Source: Bugula neritina (lineage: Eukaryota; Animalia; Bryozoa). From it: a stretch of 64,000 nucleotides of DNA. The DNA lies in assembly GCA_964035545.1 (NCBI GenBank), contig OZ037771.1, positions 1,623,628-1,687,627 on the forward strand, read 5' to 3'. The stretch's first letter is position 1, and the number at the start of each line of letters is the position of its first letter. Shown here in pieces: positions 14,498-33,100 of the stretch. The position numbers and the translations under genes are program-made. A model generated the notes under the pieces. That model saw only the letters and a program-made list of their open reading frames with translations, was not told where the DNA came from and searched no databases.

Positions 14498-17400
14498 CCT
14501 CTGTGGGAACAGACTACTTGTTAAATAATTGATACAAAAGGCTTTACTTGCTGCCTAAGTTCTCCAGTAAACATTGACCAGAGTGTAAGGATCTCAAGCT
14601 AAGCTGACCTCTTTATAACTGGCCGACTTTACAGACAGCTGGCACGTTTTAGCCACCCCTCCATCATCAAAGAACTACGCTAACTAATACCCCATCCTCC
14701 TAATCGTTCTAATATTATCTCTCTAGACTACCTCACACATGGGATCCTCTCTCCAATAGATGACTGTAATATTGAGGCATGGTTCATATTATCTATGAAT
14801 TACTATAAGAAAATATTAAGTATTATTCACTAATAATGATCTGCTAGAAATTAGTGAGCTATTTGTCGGTATGTAGTATAGTGAGAAATCAAAGGCATTT
14901 ATTGTATTGTGTAAATATATCCAGGGTTATCCATCTTGCCGACTATCGTAGATTTGCTACTGCTGCTTCACACAGCATAAGAAATCTTGCTTAGTTCTTA
15001 TGCTGCTGCTGCTGTTGCTGCCTTACCTTCTCTAGGTCGAAATACTATATATATAAAACCTATAGTGTAGAATTATTGAATTAACAAAACTTATATGCAG
15101 GTAACTTGCAGCCACAAGGAAATCAAATTATCATAAATTTTGGTTTGTTAACTTGTTGAATGACTACTACGTTATTTTCATTCATTAATAAATTGCCAAC
15201 AAATGTAGTAGATATGATTACAGTCAAACAATGTGAGCTGTGAATACGCAAGAAAACCCATTACGTAAACCTTTTCTACTTAGTAATCATTATCCACCTA
15301 GTTATACTAGTAGCATTTGCCGGCCATTTCCCACTTTTTGCAATCCTCATTTTATATCAAAAGTGGTTCAAATCGACTACGGAGTCTCCCACTTAGAATA
15401 ACCAGAAAACCAAAGTATTTCTAGCTTGAGTTTCCATACACGTATACATATGTTTCCATGCATCTACAGTGGTATCATGTTACCATAGAGCCTAAAGTAG
15501 TTTCTGAAAGAGTTGTAGAAATAGAATACAATATTATGTAATATAACATTACACAATAGAGTAAACTATATTACAATTTAATGTAATACAACGTTTTAGA
15601 TCACAATTCTTAGTAATATACAATAGTTTCACTATAATATATCCAAGTACAATGATTTATACTATATGATATATTATTATGATGTCAGCACTGTGTCTAT
15701 GTTATCTTGCATAGAAACTGCTACATATAAATTGGTTTTTAGTAACTCGGTTTATATTTCATAATTAATACCTTATAGATTACATTTCTCTATTAATTTC
15801 TTTTTAAATCAGGTGTTTTTCTGCTATATTTACAGCAGTAACTCTAAACTAATGAACTTCAAAATGTTTTAAAAATGAGAAGTATAAAGTTTTGCTTGTT
15901 ACTTTAGTAGGGTGCATAAATAATTTGATTTACAGTTTAAGATATCACCTTGCCAGTCTTAGTAATTAGGAAACTGTGTTAATTGTGATATTATTTTGTC
16001 AATTTATATTTAAATATGATTTTTATTTTCTAAATGATATGATTAATTATGAATAGTTTAGCTGTTAATGATAGACAAAGTACCATAGCTTAGTAAAAGG
16101 AGGCAGAGGGGAGGGAAGAATGACACCCGTAGCTACAGCTGATGTTCAATGGCTGTCTCGGCACACTTCATACATATAACATTACAATGATGTGGCTAAA
16201 TGATGGCATATTCATTTACAGTTGAGTTAGATTTAATAAACATTTCTAATTGCTATCAAGCTTCCTACTTTGCTAACAAAACAAAAACACACAAAGACTA
16301 GATTACAAGGGATAGTTGGGATGGAGTTACATTCTTACACTCCCCCTTCAGTTTCACTAGGGCCTGCTATTAAGAACTACCGCTCTCTGTCTTTAATTTC
16401 TGATTAACCTGCCTTTGTCTGAATGCTGTAAGCTTTGTTTTATCTATTAATTCACTAATTAGCAAATAGATGACAGGGGCATTTAGCTGCCAATTTGCTG
16501 CCCTCCATCAACCAATCAGGGATGAGTGGAGAGCAGACTATTGTACGCTGCTTTGCGATACTCATTGAGTACTACAAACACCGACTAGTGTAATTGTGTA
16601 GCTTCATTCATGGGTTTGTCAGATTTAAAGATTATAGATAACACTTTAGTCTAAATAAAATAAACGTTTGTGTTTAAATAAGCTATTCAACTTTATCTAT
16701 TCGGCTCTACACCATTGGTTACTCTTTCAATGGGGGTATGTTATTATTTACTATTTTATCAGCATATTGTGGTGTTTGTTATTTAATTGCTTTCAATCCT
16801 TCACTTCACACGTACAGATTGTTAGGCAATATGGATGCATATTTGATATTTAGACTTTCTCATGAAACACGTAAGTTCTTTTTGCTTACGCTACAGCCAG
16901 TATATAGAATCCATTACTAACTTATTTTGTTATGTGTGTTATGAAGGTTTATTACAGGAAAAGTTTTTGCAATACTATAATTAATTGTTGATTATTTATA
17001 AATAATAAACTGCAAACTATTTTTGCTAAATAACCATATTATTGTTAATTTTTAATCTAATTTTGGAAGTAAAATTAAAAAGTTGCACAATAAATGTAGA
17101 CATTTAGCCACTTAAATTACTGGACCCTGTTTTAGCAAAACTGTGGTATCTAAATTAGTGTTGGTTATAAAATTATTTAAAAATGTTATATTTAGTTTTT
17201 CTAATCATGGACTCTAAATCTAGTTTTAAGTAAACAAGGAGTTGAGCTGTCAATTGTTTAACTCTCTTAGTACACATAGAAAGCTGAACTATACATGAAA
17301 GCTACAATTTACTAATTGAACTTTAAAAGTGCAATAAAATGAATAAAACAAAGTAGCTAGTAAATGATAACTTTAGAGTAAGGCAGCTTTCTAGCCCTAA

Positions 17401-20400
17401 ACAGTTTTAATACTCTATTTGTTGGAAGTAATGAAAGCCCCCCCTCTGTGTATTCATGGAAACCAGGTTAAATAGCCTGTTCTGGCAGATGTATTTACAG
17501 TCTGTGTTGTGTGTAGGTGGAACAAAAATATTTATGACGCAAAGTGATGCCATTCTTAAAGCTGCCATATTATAATTACTCGTTTACTCTGTTAATAAGC
17601 TTTTCATTTAATCGTTTATCAGCTTAGAAGTATTTCTAATGATAATATAAGTTATTCTCTCTTGCTATAAACAACCGTTGATTGTTGTAATAAACATTTG
17701 CATGTCTATCAGTATGACTTATATATTTTATATTCGAGGCCTGATGTTGGCAAATATCATTAGTAAAAGTTGCCCCAAATACTGGAGGTCTGTAACAAAA
17801 ACTATTAGAAAATACACAAATCTTGAATCTTGGAAGCAAATTCCTCCTATAAAATGAGCTACCATTTACCGTTACTAAATAAAATAATGTCATGCTTTTC
17901 AACGTGTTTGGTATAGTATATTTACATTATATATTATATTTATATTTAGTTTTCCTTGCACAGCAGTATGATGTTATTAAGATAAGATAGTAATTCTAAT
18001 ATGTAATTTAGTAATTCCAAACAGAAGTAGTTATGTTGTTTCTAGGCACCAACTTAGTCTGTAGTAAAGTACACAGCAAGTCAGCAGTAGATGTACTGAT
18101 AGCTGCCAATAAATAACAGCAGCATTCGATTCATCAACTTTTCCACAGCGCCTGCTGCTAACCTGGGTGTCCATCTCAGCACCTGTCCTACTGTGTTACA
18201 TAGAGTAAATTATACACGTTATCCTAACTACTCACTAGTACTAGTATAATAGTGCTACACCTAATTAGCTTATCTAATAGTTCAGTACTTAATGTGTTTT
18301 GAAACGAGTTTCATTCTGCAAAGAAGTGTTGCTTAATAAAATTATTTATGCTTAAATTCTATCACAGAATTTCATTGCTGTGAGCTGGCATGCAAGAGTG
18401 TGTTGGTAGAGTGTTTTTCTCTCTTAAATTTAAAAGAGTTTGAAGTATATTATGTTTTTCTGTTTTTTTTAATTCAGTAAAAACCCATTCAAAAATTTGT
18501 GTTGAAACACATGTCAGTTTACATATTTAATTAAATTTAATCTTTTAATCTTGTTAAATGCTTTCTATAATCATTTATTTTATGAAACTTAAATGTGATT
18601 TTCAAAGGCTTTATTACTTGTATTATGATTTGGAATATAGCTATTGTTTTCAAACTAATTCTTGCAGTTCAAAAAGTTTCTATAGCAAGTCTGAATTCAA
18701 CTCATTTCTGAGTTTAGTTGCTATTAGTTGCTGTTAGTCATTACATAACTATAAACTGAAACTAAAAGTTTTAATTATAAAAAAGTTTCATAATAATTTT
18801 GTATGAGGACCAAACGCATATTATTTTTGTGATGCAAACCCATCAAAAACACAAAAGAGCAAGGCATAACATAATTCATTATTTTTCAGTATTTATTTTT
18901 TGATATCAATAGAAAATAATCATATGATAACATATTTATGTATAGCAACATATTATTAGTATAATAGATAATCATAAAAAGTTATTACTGATATTATCAC
19001 TTTACATCATGTTTTACATATATATTTTACCATAATTCTTTCCAAGCTTTGTTAGTTCTGCTATAAGAAAAATGTGTTAAGAATTTAGTTTTTATAAATC
19101 AAGTTTTTCTCAAAAGTTTTCGTTTACATTTCAAATTTGGGGTTAAAATACAATTCAGCTTTATTTGCAGGTTTTGCAGTCAAACTGATTTACTATTAAA
19201 CAAATTCAAACAGCAAATAAATCCAAGTTTACTACACATTTGCAATTTATAAGACACTATGTTAAAAATAGCTAATTATGTAACTTTATGTGATAATGAG
19301 AATGTGTCTGGTTAGATTCAAGTTTATATTTCTTTAATGAGTATATCAAATTTGTTTTAAGACGATAAGCTAATAACTTTTTGTTTTGAAACATGTTTTT
19401 TTGGGTGCTACTTTTGTTTTATTGCTTATATTTCACATAGTTTTTTGTCAAGTTAGCTGAAACAGTAATAAAAAAACAAATGTTGAAACTGAGCACTTTC
19501 TAAAATTTCTAAAATTACCATAACTTCCCAGTATATAATTTAAAGTTAACGGTTTGTCTGAATTTTCGGTCACTCCATTTTAAAAATGTTTTACGGTTGG
19601 ATGTTACTTAGGTCAGCCGGTAAAATTCACTCCAACCGCCAATGTTTGTATTGGTTTGTCAGTTTCCACAAAGATATCTTGTCTATTGAAGACCATCAGT
19701 TTTATAAATATTGGCTGCGTCTTTAATAACAGAGAGAAAATTAAAACTCCGAAGCTCTTGGAATGCATTAGTTTGAGTAAATAAGGCACAAGTCTTGAAA
19801 GAGTTCAGGTGCAAGCTTTGGTAATAACACTTAATAATAGCTGTAGGCCCAGATTTCACACTCTAATGAAAAGTGGTATTATGAGTAATTTTAGGTTTGA
19901 TTTAATGTGAAAAGTAATTGAGATTATCAGCGCGAATCAGTTCTAACCTTCTTTGTGAGTTAAGGGTTGGGTGGGTGCAGGGGTTAGTGGTTTATAACAA
20001 TAAATGTTGGTACTTATAATAACAGTTGCCTAAATTATCTAATGACACTTTACAGTTTAAAAGCTACATGCACTGCTAATAGTATTTTTAATTTTTAATA
20101 ATTTCCGACTCATTACTTGACGTTTTATTTTATTCAGCGGCACTCATGAGTACAAACCGCAATTAGCTCAAAATTGTTGAGTGAAAATGATTCATTAAAT
20201 ATTAAAAAAATTATCTTGTTGAATATAACATTAGAAATAAATAGCTATTCTTATTTATTATTTATGTCTGTTTGGAGGATTTTGTTACAGTTGGCAATGA
20301 AACCAAATGAAACAATCATATGATAAAACGATTTTGACATTTATCCATGCTATTATAAGAGTAGAAAAACCGTGCATATCCCTTTGAAAATAAAGTAGAT

Positions 20401-22398
20401 TTCATGTCAACTGATTCCTTTGATATAAAAGTTTAGAAAACTCTGAACCTAGAGAACACTTTGAGCCGTGTCCTTCCAGTTCAGTTGCTACTGTAACTCC
20501 TCTTTATCTCTATAGACAAATTATCATATTATGTGGCCACAGTTTGCATAGAGAACAAGCATTGCGTAGCTCTTTAAACTTATAAAAAGTATAAGACAAG
20601 ACGGATGGTGTTATGACACCCCCCCCCTGAAGGATGAATACTAAGAGCTCATGCTAGGATGTTCAACCATGTTAAGGCGGATAATCCCACCTCTTCATGT
20701 AGCATTAAATTGAAAGAAATTTAAGCAAAAGAAATATTTATCTATCAATTGCGATTAAATAGAAGATGAGAAAGCGGTGCCGACGACTTCTCATGCTTGT
20801 TTTCTCCCACCAAAATACTTCTGAGGTCTTCTTAACTTAATTCATTCAACACAGTATTTATAAATACTATATACATGTATAATCACGTTATTCTCAATTT
20901 TTAGTACAGATTTGCTTACATCAAAAATAAAGATTTATTTACACTAAAAAACGAACCACCAGATTAACTATAAAATATATATTTATATTTCTCATTTAGC
21001 TTTTATTATTATACTCTACATATTAATTATTAAAGACAAATTTAATGAAAAGATACTTTTTAAAATAGCTCTTTAGATACAAATTAAAAGAGAAAAGTAA
21101 TTTTATGTTTGCAAAGATGAGTTTTTATGCTGATTGCCTTTAGTATTCACTTTCCACCTATTTATAGCATCTCACAAATTGCGTAATAAATGTAAGTAAA
21201 AAGTGATTTCATTCTCACAACTGAAAAGACCACCCAAGATGATGATAATCTTATTAGATAATGCAATAATCATTATATTATATGTGCAACTTCATTATGT
21301 TTCTTACAGCAATTCCCATAATTCTCATTCTTACAACTAAAAGTCATTCATAAACTAAATTAACATGTTTTAGCAAAGCCAGATCAGGAATAAACTATGT
21401 TGTATAATGTTTTACTTTAAGCTGGCCAATAATAAAATCTAATGCAATTATCGGAGAATAATTATTTTTAGTAATGTAATTTATTCAGAAGCTAGCTGCA
21501 TGATAAGATAAAGCTCAACCTTTGATATTCAGCGAAGATTTAGCAAAATGAAGAACAGTTGAAATTAGTTTCTGAATTGGTAATAGAAAATCCTTAAGTT
21601 TTGAGTCACAGAACTTTTAGCAGCACAGTACTATTTTTTCTGATGTTCTTCATCATCTGCACATGCTGCTGCTGCCATAGACTAGCCACCAAATTGTAAT
21701 GAACTACTGGTTTGCCCTGCAGCTGTTCACCTTTGCATAACTTTGGACACGTGTTTTTGCTTCTGGCTAATTTATGATCTTTGCTTCCAACTTACCCCAG
21801 AACGCTCTACATTTAATCAACTATTATTACTTTGTTGGGAAATTTCTCTTGTGATAATTAGTAAGAGTTATGACATCTTGATATAGTTGGAATTATTATA
21901 AGCGGACGACCTGGCTAATATCAAATACTCTCTTTGTTAGGAGATACTAACTGAAAGAATATGTTGGTTTATGTAATAATCAATTCTCTGTCTAATCAAT
22001 TTCATAAAAAATACTTTCCGTCTGCGGCTAGCCCATTGCCTGCCAGTCGCTGGAATAGATTTTATTGTAGGCCTACAGTTCACAAACTTGTTTATATCTA
22101 TAAATATATTGAGTAGAAAATTGTATCATATACTGTTATTACACTGCTACAAGCAAATCTATATGTATATGCATCAATACTATATAATATTAGACTATAA
22201 ACAATTAATACCCTTCGGTAAATGGTCAGAATTCATTAGAAATTTTTTATTTTACCAGCCTAGTTGTAGTTTGTAATATTTCGAGGCTATTACTAATATG
22301 GTTTGTATAGAATAAAAGTCTTTATGACTATGCTATACATGCGTCGTTACAGCTCTTCTAACTTGTAATTGAACTTCCTGTTTCAGATATTCGCCAAT

Positions 22399-26722
<4,324 letters not shown>

Positions 26723-28680
26723 GATTCTCCAAACACCTTGCTAGACAAGAAGGTCAAGTCAAATTGGCTGCCAAGTTAAACCATCGTACTCAAATCTGTT
26801 TTTTTCTAATTGTGTTTGCCTCTACCTGCTTCTTAGCAGTTATCTCCTCTCTTCCATGTTTGGAGTGTAAATTCTGTCATTGCAGTAACTGCCCCCACAT
26901 TGTTATTATATAATTCATGTATGAACCCAACTGTGCACATCACTTCGACATCAGGTTTACTATGCAACATGTGGTTCACCTACAGAATCTCAGCTAGATT
27001 ATTTTAAATCTCAGTCTGAACTACAATAGACTGTCTCAACTGCAATGAAGCTGCATAGAAAACTAGTCTATGGTGTTCATAGTTAGTCTAATCTGTAGCC
27101 TTTGTCCCCCTGTACAGAATACCCCTCTTATGACGATCTGTAGTGATAGTAGCTAGTTATCCAATAAGAAATCAGTTTACTTGCCTCTATTTCTGTGACT
27201 AATGGCTTTAGTCAATCCTGCATGTAAATATATTCAATTTTCTGCTTAGCCTAAATTTTATACCAAATATCATAGAATATATTTTTGTGTTTATAAAATG
27301 ACTTTTAAAACATTAGACTTTTTACGTGTATTGTTCATACTATTATATACCTTAATATATACATGTTTTATGTGCAATCACATTTATTGCGAAATCAATC
27401 ACTTTGATTATATGATTACACTTACTTAGTAAGTTTATCTGTATATTTATATATCTCTTGGAAAGACCTTAGTTATGGTTTTATTCTTCCCGTGTGACAA
27501 TTTTATCCCCCCCATCCCATCTTGATTTTCCTGCTTTCTATTTTAGCAGTGCAACGATGAATGCGTTGGCGTTTTAGCACTATTCAAATGCTTTTATCAA
27601 TTCAGATCTTTCTTAAAAGTTTTTACCCAGCAAATATTTAGTGAAAAAACACAACTTCCATCTTATAGAATGCATCCCTCTCATAATTATTATATATTAT
27701 ATTTTTGTGCCCATATTGCTGCAAATCTAGAGCCCAAACTTTCATATTTTAATAATTTATATAGCTCAAGATATATTTATAATATCTGTGTAGTAGATAA
27801 AGTTATCCCCAATGCTGCTACAATCATTAGTACAATAATTATATAACATATTACATCATATTCAACTAAGCATATATATTTATAAAACTTTATTCTAGCA
27901 TATTGATTATTATAATTTGCTGTTTGCAATTTTGATTGCAACTTGATAAAATTATATTTAATAAAAATCATATTGTAATTGAATATAGTAAAACAATGAA
28001 ATATATCAAAACATTGAAATATTCTCCTCAATGGGTTATTAGTCACACTGACAGAATGATTACACTGAGAGGGTGATCACACTAAAATATATTAGTCGGA
28101 CTGAAATATGAGTCACACTAAAATAGTAGCCACAAATCTTTACTGTAGCAAATTTAGTGGATGCCATTAAACATTCACAAAAAACTAATTTGACAAGCTA
28201 CCAAGCAATGACTTCTAATTATATAATAATAAACAGATAAAAACTGTTGTAGGTATAAATTTAATTCCTTCTTACATATATCTTTGTGACTAGAAATTCT
28301 GGTAGCATGCCTCATGCAGTTTAACTAGCTATTTTTTCTGAGTAAGTTTATTTCAGAGAAAATTTGGTCTGCTGTTTTATGTAAATTAAACATAATTTAT
28401 AAACAAAATAAGTTACATATAAATGGAATAAAAAAAATTCAAAAAATTGTAAGTAATCAGCTTTTCTAAATCAATAACAGTTTGTATTTAATCAATATTC
28501 AGTCAAAAATTAAAACCGATTCATATTTATAGGCCGTGACTCAAGATTTTAGACTGTGTTTAAAGGATGTAGATTGTAAAGATAACTCAAGTGATATTTT
28601 TCTGATTAACCAACACCTGCATACTACAAATTCAGCTTTCTTTGATAAACATTGTGTCTGCATGAGCACGCCCACTACCG

Positions 28681-29019
28681 CTACATATTTAATGTTTGGG
28701 AGGAAGGCCTCTGGTAACTGCGTCGAGGCAGCGATGAGCGCTGACTGTAACGTAGACTTGATCTGGCGCTGCTTAGAGGCTGGTATATCACATCCTCGTC
28801 ATCACTCTTGCTCTCACTGTCATCCTCTTCTAGCAGAGAATCTACTGCAACTCGATATGACTTTGAATTGCGAGAAGGGTCAGATGCTGGTTGGTTGTCG
28901 ACAGCGACGCGATAAGATTTCAATTTGTCGGCAGCAGTGTCGAGTAGCTGGTTCTCTTCATCCACCGCCACTCGATAAGATTTCATCCTGAGAGAGCCAT
29001 CCACTTCATCCTTCAACAT
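28681..29019 (-). CDS. Orphan 112-aa ORF (or terminal exon) with three KSYRVAVD repeats
   Basis: The three peptide-identical repeats use different synonymous codons, and the ORF is a GC-richer island in AT-rich flanks. The 5' boundary is uncertain. Confidence 0.75.
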   Translation of the reverse strand: MLKDEVDGSLRMKSYRVAVDEENQLLDTAADKLKSYRVAVDNQPASDPSRNSKSYRVAVDSLLEEDDSESKSDDEDVIYQPLSSARSSLRYSQRSSLPRRSYQRPSSQTLNM

Positions 29020-29394
29020 TACAATACGTACACAATAGCCTTGGTGACTTGGTGATTTCTTAATGAAAGAGTGTACCAGTTAGCTCTATAGGAGTTGTCT
29101 TCTCAATGACTAATAACTAGCACATGAATATATAAAAAGTTATGCACGCAGTGTTTTTGCTTATTCTGTGGATTTATCATTTGGGTACAGTTAAAGAAGC
29201 ATTTGAGTAGCTCCAACTCTTTAACTTTTGTATGAATTCTAGTTTAGTTGGAAACTTTGCGAGAGCATAACTTCTTTTGCCATATTTCCCATCCAGAACA
29301 CAGGGCTTTCCCAATTGCTTCGCTAATACACACTCTCTCCCCCCTTTCTTTCTCTTCCCCTCTCTTTCTCTTCCCTCTCTCTTTCTCTCCCCCT

Positions 29395-29508
<114 letters not shown>

Positions 29509-30145
29509 CCTCTCTCTCACTTTTTGATTTCTAGTAAAAACCCACCATTTCCTGAGTGTAGAAGTTCTCCTGAGAAACTGAGAGAATTTTAAGTCCGCCA
29601 TTGTCCCGAGTATTTAACTTGGAATGAACAACTGTAGTATGCTTGAAGCCATCTCCATCTTCATCCATAGTTTTTCTAAAACATCCCAGCCATTTCTATA
29701 CAAATAATAATCCATTTAATTGCTATCAAGTGATAAAAATAACAATAAAGTCTGAATTTTTAGCATGTAACTAGAGTCAGTTAGCTTACACACTAACCGT
29801 ACTGTTCAAGAAAATTATACAGAGCTGCTGAATGCATTCATGAACTGTCAGTTGCTGCATCATCACCCGGGCAGGCAAACAAAGTCACGAAATTAGAAAT
29901 TATCAATCTTTTTTATTGAATTTAAATTGACATGTACAATCAAAAAATATTCCGAGTAACAGCTGTTGAAGCAGTGACTGGAGAATTGTACCAACTCTTA
30001 GTTGTTGAAACAATGAAATTTGCTGAGAAATAGAGTAAGACAGAAGCTATCTAAAGTGTTGTAACAAAAGCTGTGCAAATCAGCGAGAATATTTCAAGTT
30101 TCAGTATTATTTAAGAAAAAACAAGAAAACTGTAAAAAAGGTCTA

Positions 30146-33100
30146 TTAAATGTACATCTCCCAAGTTCCATCATCTTTCTCTTGATTAATCTGATTTTGT
30201 TTTACTAACACATTTGAGTATTTTAGCTGATCAGTTTTGGCTGCTTTTCGATTTCGATGCACCAGACCGGCCATTATGATGAGGAAAATGACCACTGCTG
30301 TTGTCACCAAGATGGCTGCCAGAATACCGTAGTCTGCCTCTCGAGTGTCTGATGTCGTCTCGGCTGACCCGGATGAACCACTGGGGGTTCTAACTTTAGT
30401 GTCAGCACTGCTTAGTTTAACTGGAGAACCAGTTGCATCGTTATCATTGGGAGTTGTTTTCTCTTTATTAGGGGAAGAAAACTCCGGAAATCCACCTACA
30501 TGCATACAATCAATTATGTAAATAGAAGAACTGCATATAAAAATACTTGCTGAGAATTTATTTTATTTGAGTTTATAATCGTTTGAAGGCAAATTGCAAT
30601 TGCTTTTAAAGTTAGGCTTGAATCCGCAGTTCTTCAAACAGTACAAGACACACCAACACACAGCCCTCAGGCTGATAGCTTTACTTACTGTAAACACAAA
30701 CAGCGGATATCTTTGGCTCCCACATTCCTTTATCGCTACATGTGTACTTCTGACCCACTGTGTGATTTACAAGGTCGTATCCATGACGACAAGATCTAAT
30801 CTCCACTATTGCCCCTTCAGTGTACATGTCACCTTTCCGGTTTCCGTGAAACACTGGCATTCCACAAGACACAACTGAAATCGAAGATGTAAACTTGCGC
30901 AGACTTGTACAAATATTTAGAGTTGATTCATTGGAATATTTATAACTATATAAAGTTACAAGACACTTTAAGAAACGGCAATACTTATGATGTAAAAATT
31001 TTGCATTTTCAATTGCACTGAATTAAAATTATTAAAAAATGTCATCTTGTCTTTAATAATCATTCATAGACCATAGTTATGAATAGTAATATTTCAAAAC
31101 ATCTTTTTTAGCTTATATACAGAATCTAGCAGGTATAAAAAGAATGCAATTCTCTCTAAATAATAGAACAGTATGTTTTAAAAGTTGTCCATTACTTGCT
31201 GTGCACAAATATACTTGCAGATCTCATTGGCAAAATACACAAAATAGATAGTAAATTAGCCTTAGAGTTTCAAATAGACTTGATGCTAGTTGTTAGAAAC
31301 TTATTGAAGTGATTTGTAAATCACTTGATCTGAGGCTACACATTTTAACCAGAGTCTCTATTAACTAGCAAGCATCAACGTAAGCACTTACCTGACTGTG
31401 AGTATTCGTCTAAACTAGTCATCCAATCAGCAAACTCAGCAGCTCGCGATGTCACTTTCTGGGAATCATAGGCTTTAGCTGAAACTGTCTGTTTGTCGGA
31501 GGCAGTAAACATTGAATGACCCGGCATGATAAAAGCTAAAACATACACCATATACTTGAACATGATGTAATATAGAGGGTATTATTGTGATATGTATCCA
31601 CAGTATAAAACAAACATGTAGTTTGTATATTGTGACATAACATAGACTATTGTGTAATGCTTATACCATCTGTTAGTAAAGCTCCATCTGCCGTCTTTTC
31701 CCAGGCACCCAGTAAAGACTTCGAATTCAAATAATTCTGAAAAACCAAAAATATTCTATTTTACTTGAAAATTTTTGTAACAATTACATATTTGTAGAAT
31801 AATCTGTATTGAAAATGGTCGTAGCCTGTGAGAATGTTAACTCACCTGAAACGACTCAGGCACCGTGACTAAGATATCTAGGTTATGTTTAGTGGCAGTT
31901 ACTCTGATGCCAACACCACAGTATAAGGTCAAGGTGAAGTTGGAATGATCTGTTACTGGCTTCTCGTTCCAGCTCAAGACTTTTAGACCTACAGAATGCA
32001 ACGCATCAGTCACTGTGTTTGTGGTGAAGATGCCACCTACTTGACGGTGAAGGACGTTAAACATTGCAGAGTTATTGCTCCTTTATAGGAAACTAGACTA
32101 GAACTAGAGTTGTGTGCCCAGTAATACCACAGGTAAAATTGTAGGAAGCAGATATTGAGATTCATTGAGAGTTTTGAGATAAACAGCTGTTTAAAATTTT
32201 TAGAGCTGTTTGGGTGTGAAGTCATGACCCAATCCCAACTAAATGAACCAAATCTACAGATAGGCAATTTTCAAGTTTCATTATACCCTATAAAATGTGT
32301 GCAGCACTATTGTAGCTAACCTTGATATTCTTGTTTATACCAGGCAGGGTCAGTGAAGTCTCTCTCCACGTTGTCTACTATCAGTTTAGATCTCAGGCTA
32401 TCATCATGCTTGTTTAGAGTGACCTTGACTTGGCTGGAGTTGTGGGTTTTGATAGCGACTGCCGACACAATGGTGGAGCCGGTCCCAGGGACTGTTGAAT
32501 GAATTAGACAACGTCACTATTGTGTAACAGTGGCAAGATCCCTTCAGTTGTTTTTATAGAGTTTTAGAAAAAGCATTTCTTAGAATTTTCCCATGAGGTG
32601 TTAGCTAGTTCTGTTAACTGTACTTCTAAAAGTTAACAAGTAATTACTCACTAATACTGAGTAGAATTACTCACTAGTACCAAGTAGAACCACTCACTGG
32701 CACTGAGTTAAACTACTCACTAGCACTGATTAGAACTACTCACTATAGTACTAGTTGGACTATACTCACTGGTACTGAGTAGAACTACTCACTAGTACTG
32801 ATTAGAACTACTCACTATAGTACTAGTTGGACTATACTCACTGGTACTAAGTAGAGTTACTCACCAGCACTGAGTTGGACATGAATATGTAAATCTGTTG
32901 AATTTTGAGACTTGAGAAGTGAGTATTCCCCTTCCAAACTGGGCAGTTTCACGCTGCTTTTATCAGCCAACGTCGTAACATGGGTTGCTCCATAAATAGC
33001 AGCTAAAAATAGAAATCAGATTTGTTGTTGAGACGTTATTTATTGTGTTGGATTAGCTAAAGTATATATCTATCTTGAAATTTCGCTTTTCCCAAACAAT

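Noticed and set aside
28536-28991. 151-aa plus-strand ORF
   Set aside because: Antisense shadow; the synonymous-change pattern supports only the minus-strand frame.
32646-32864. Repeat-spacer appearance suggesting a CRISPR array
   Set aside because: Units are tandem variants with no unique spacers, in a eukaryotic intron with no cas genes.
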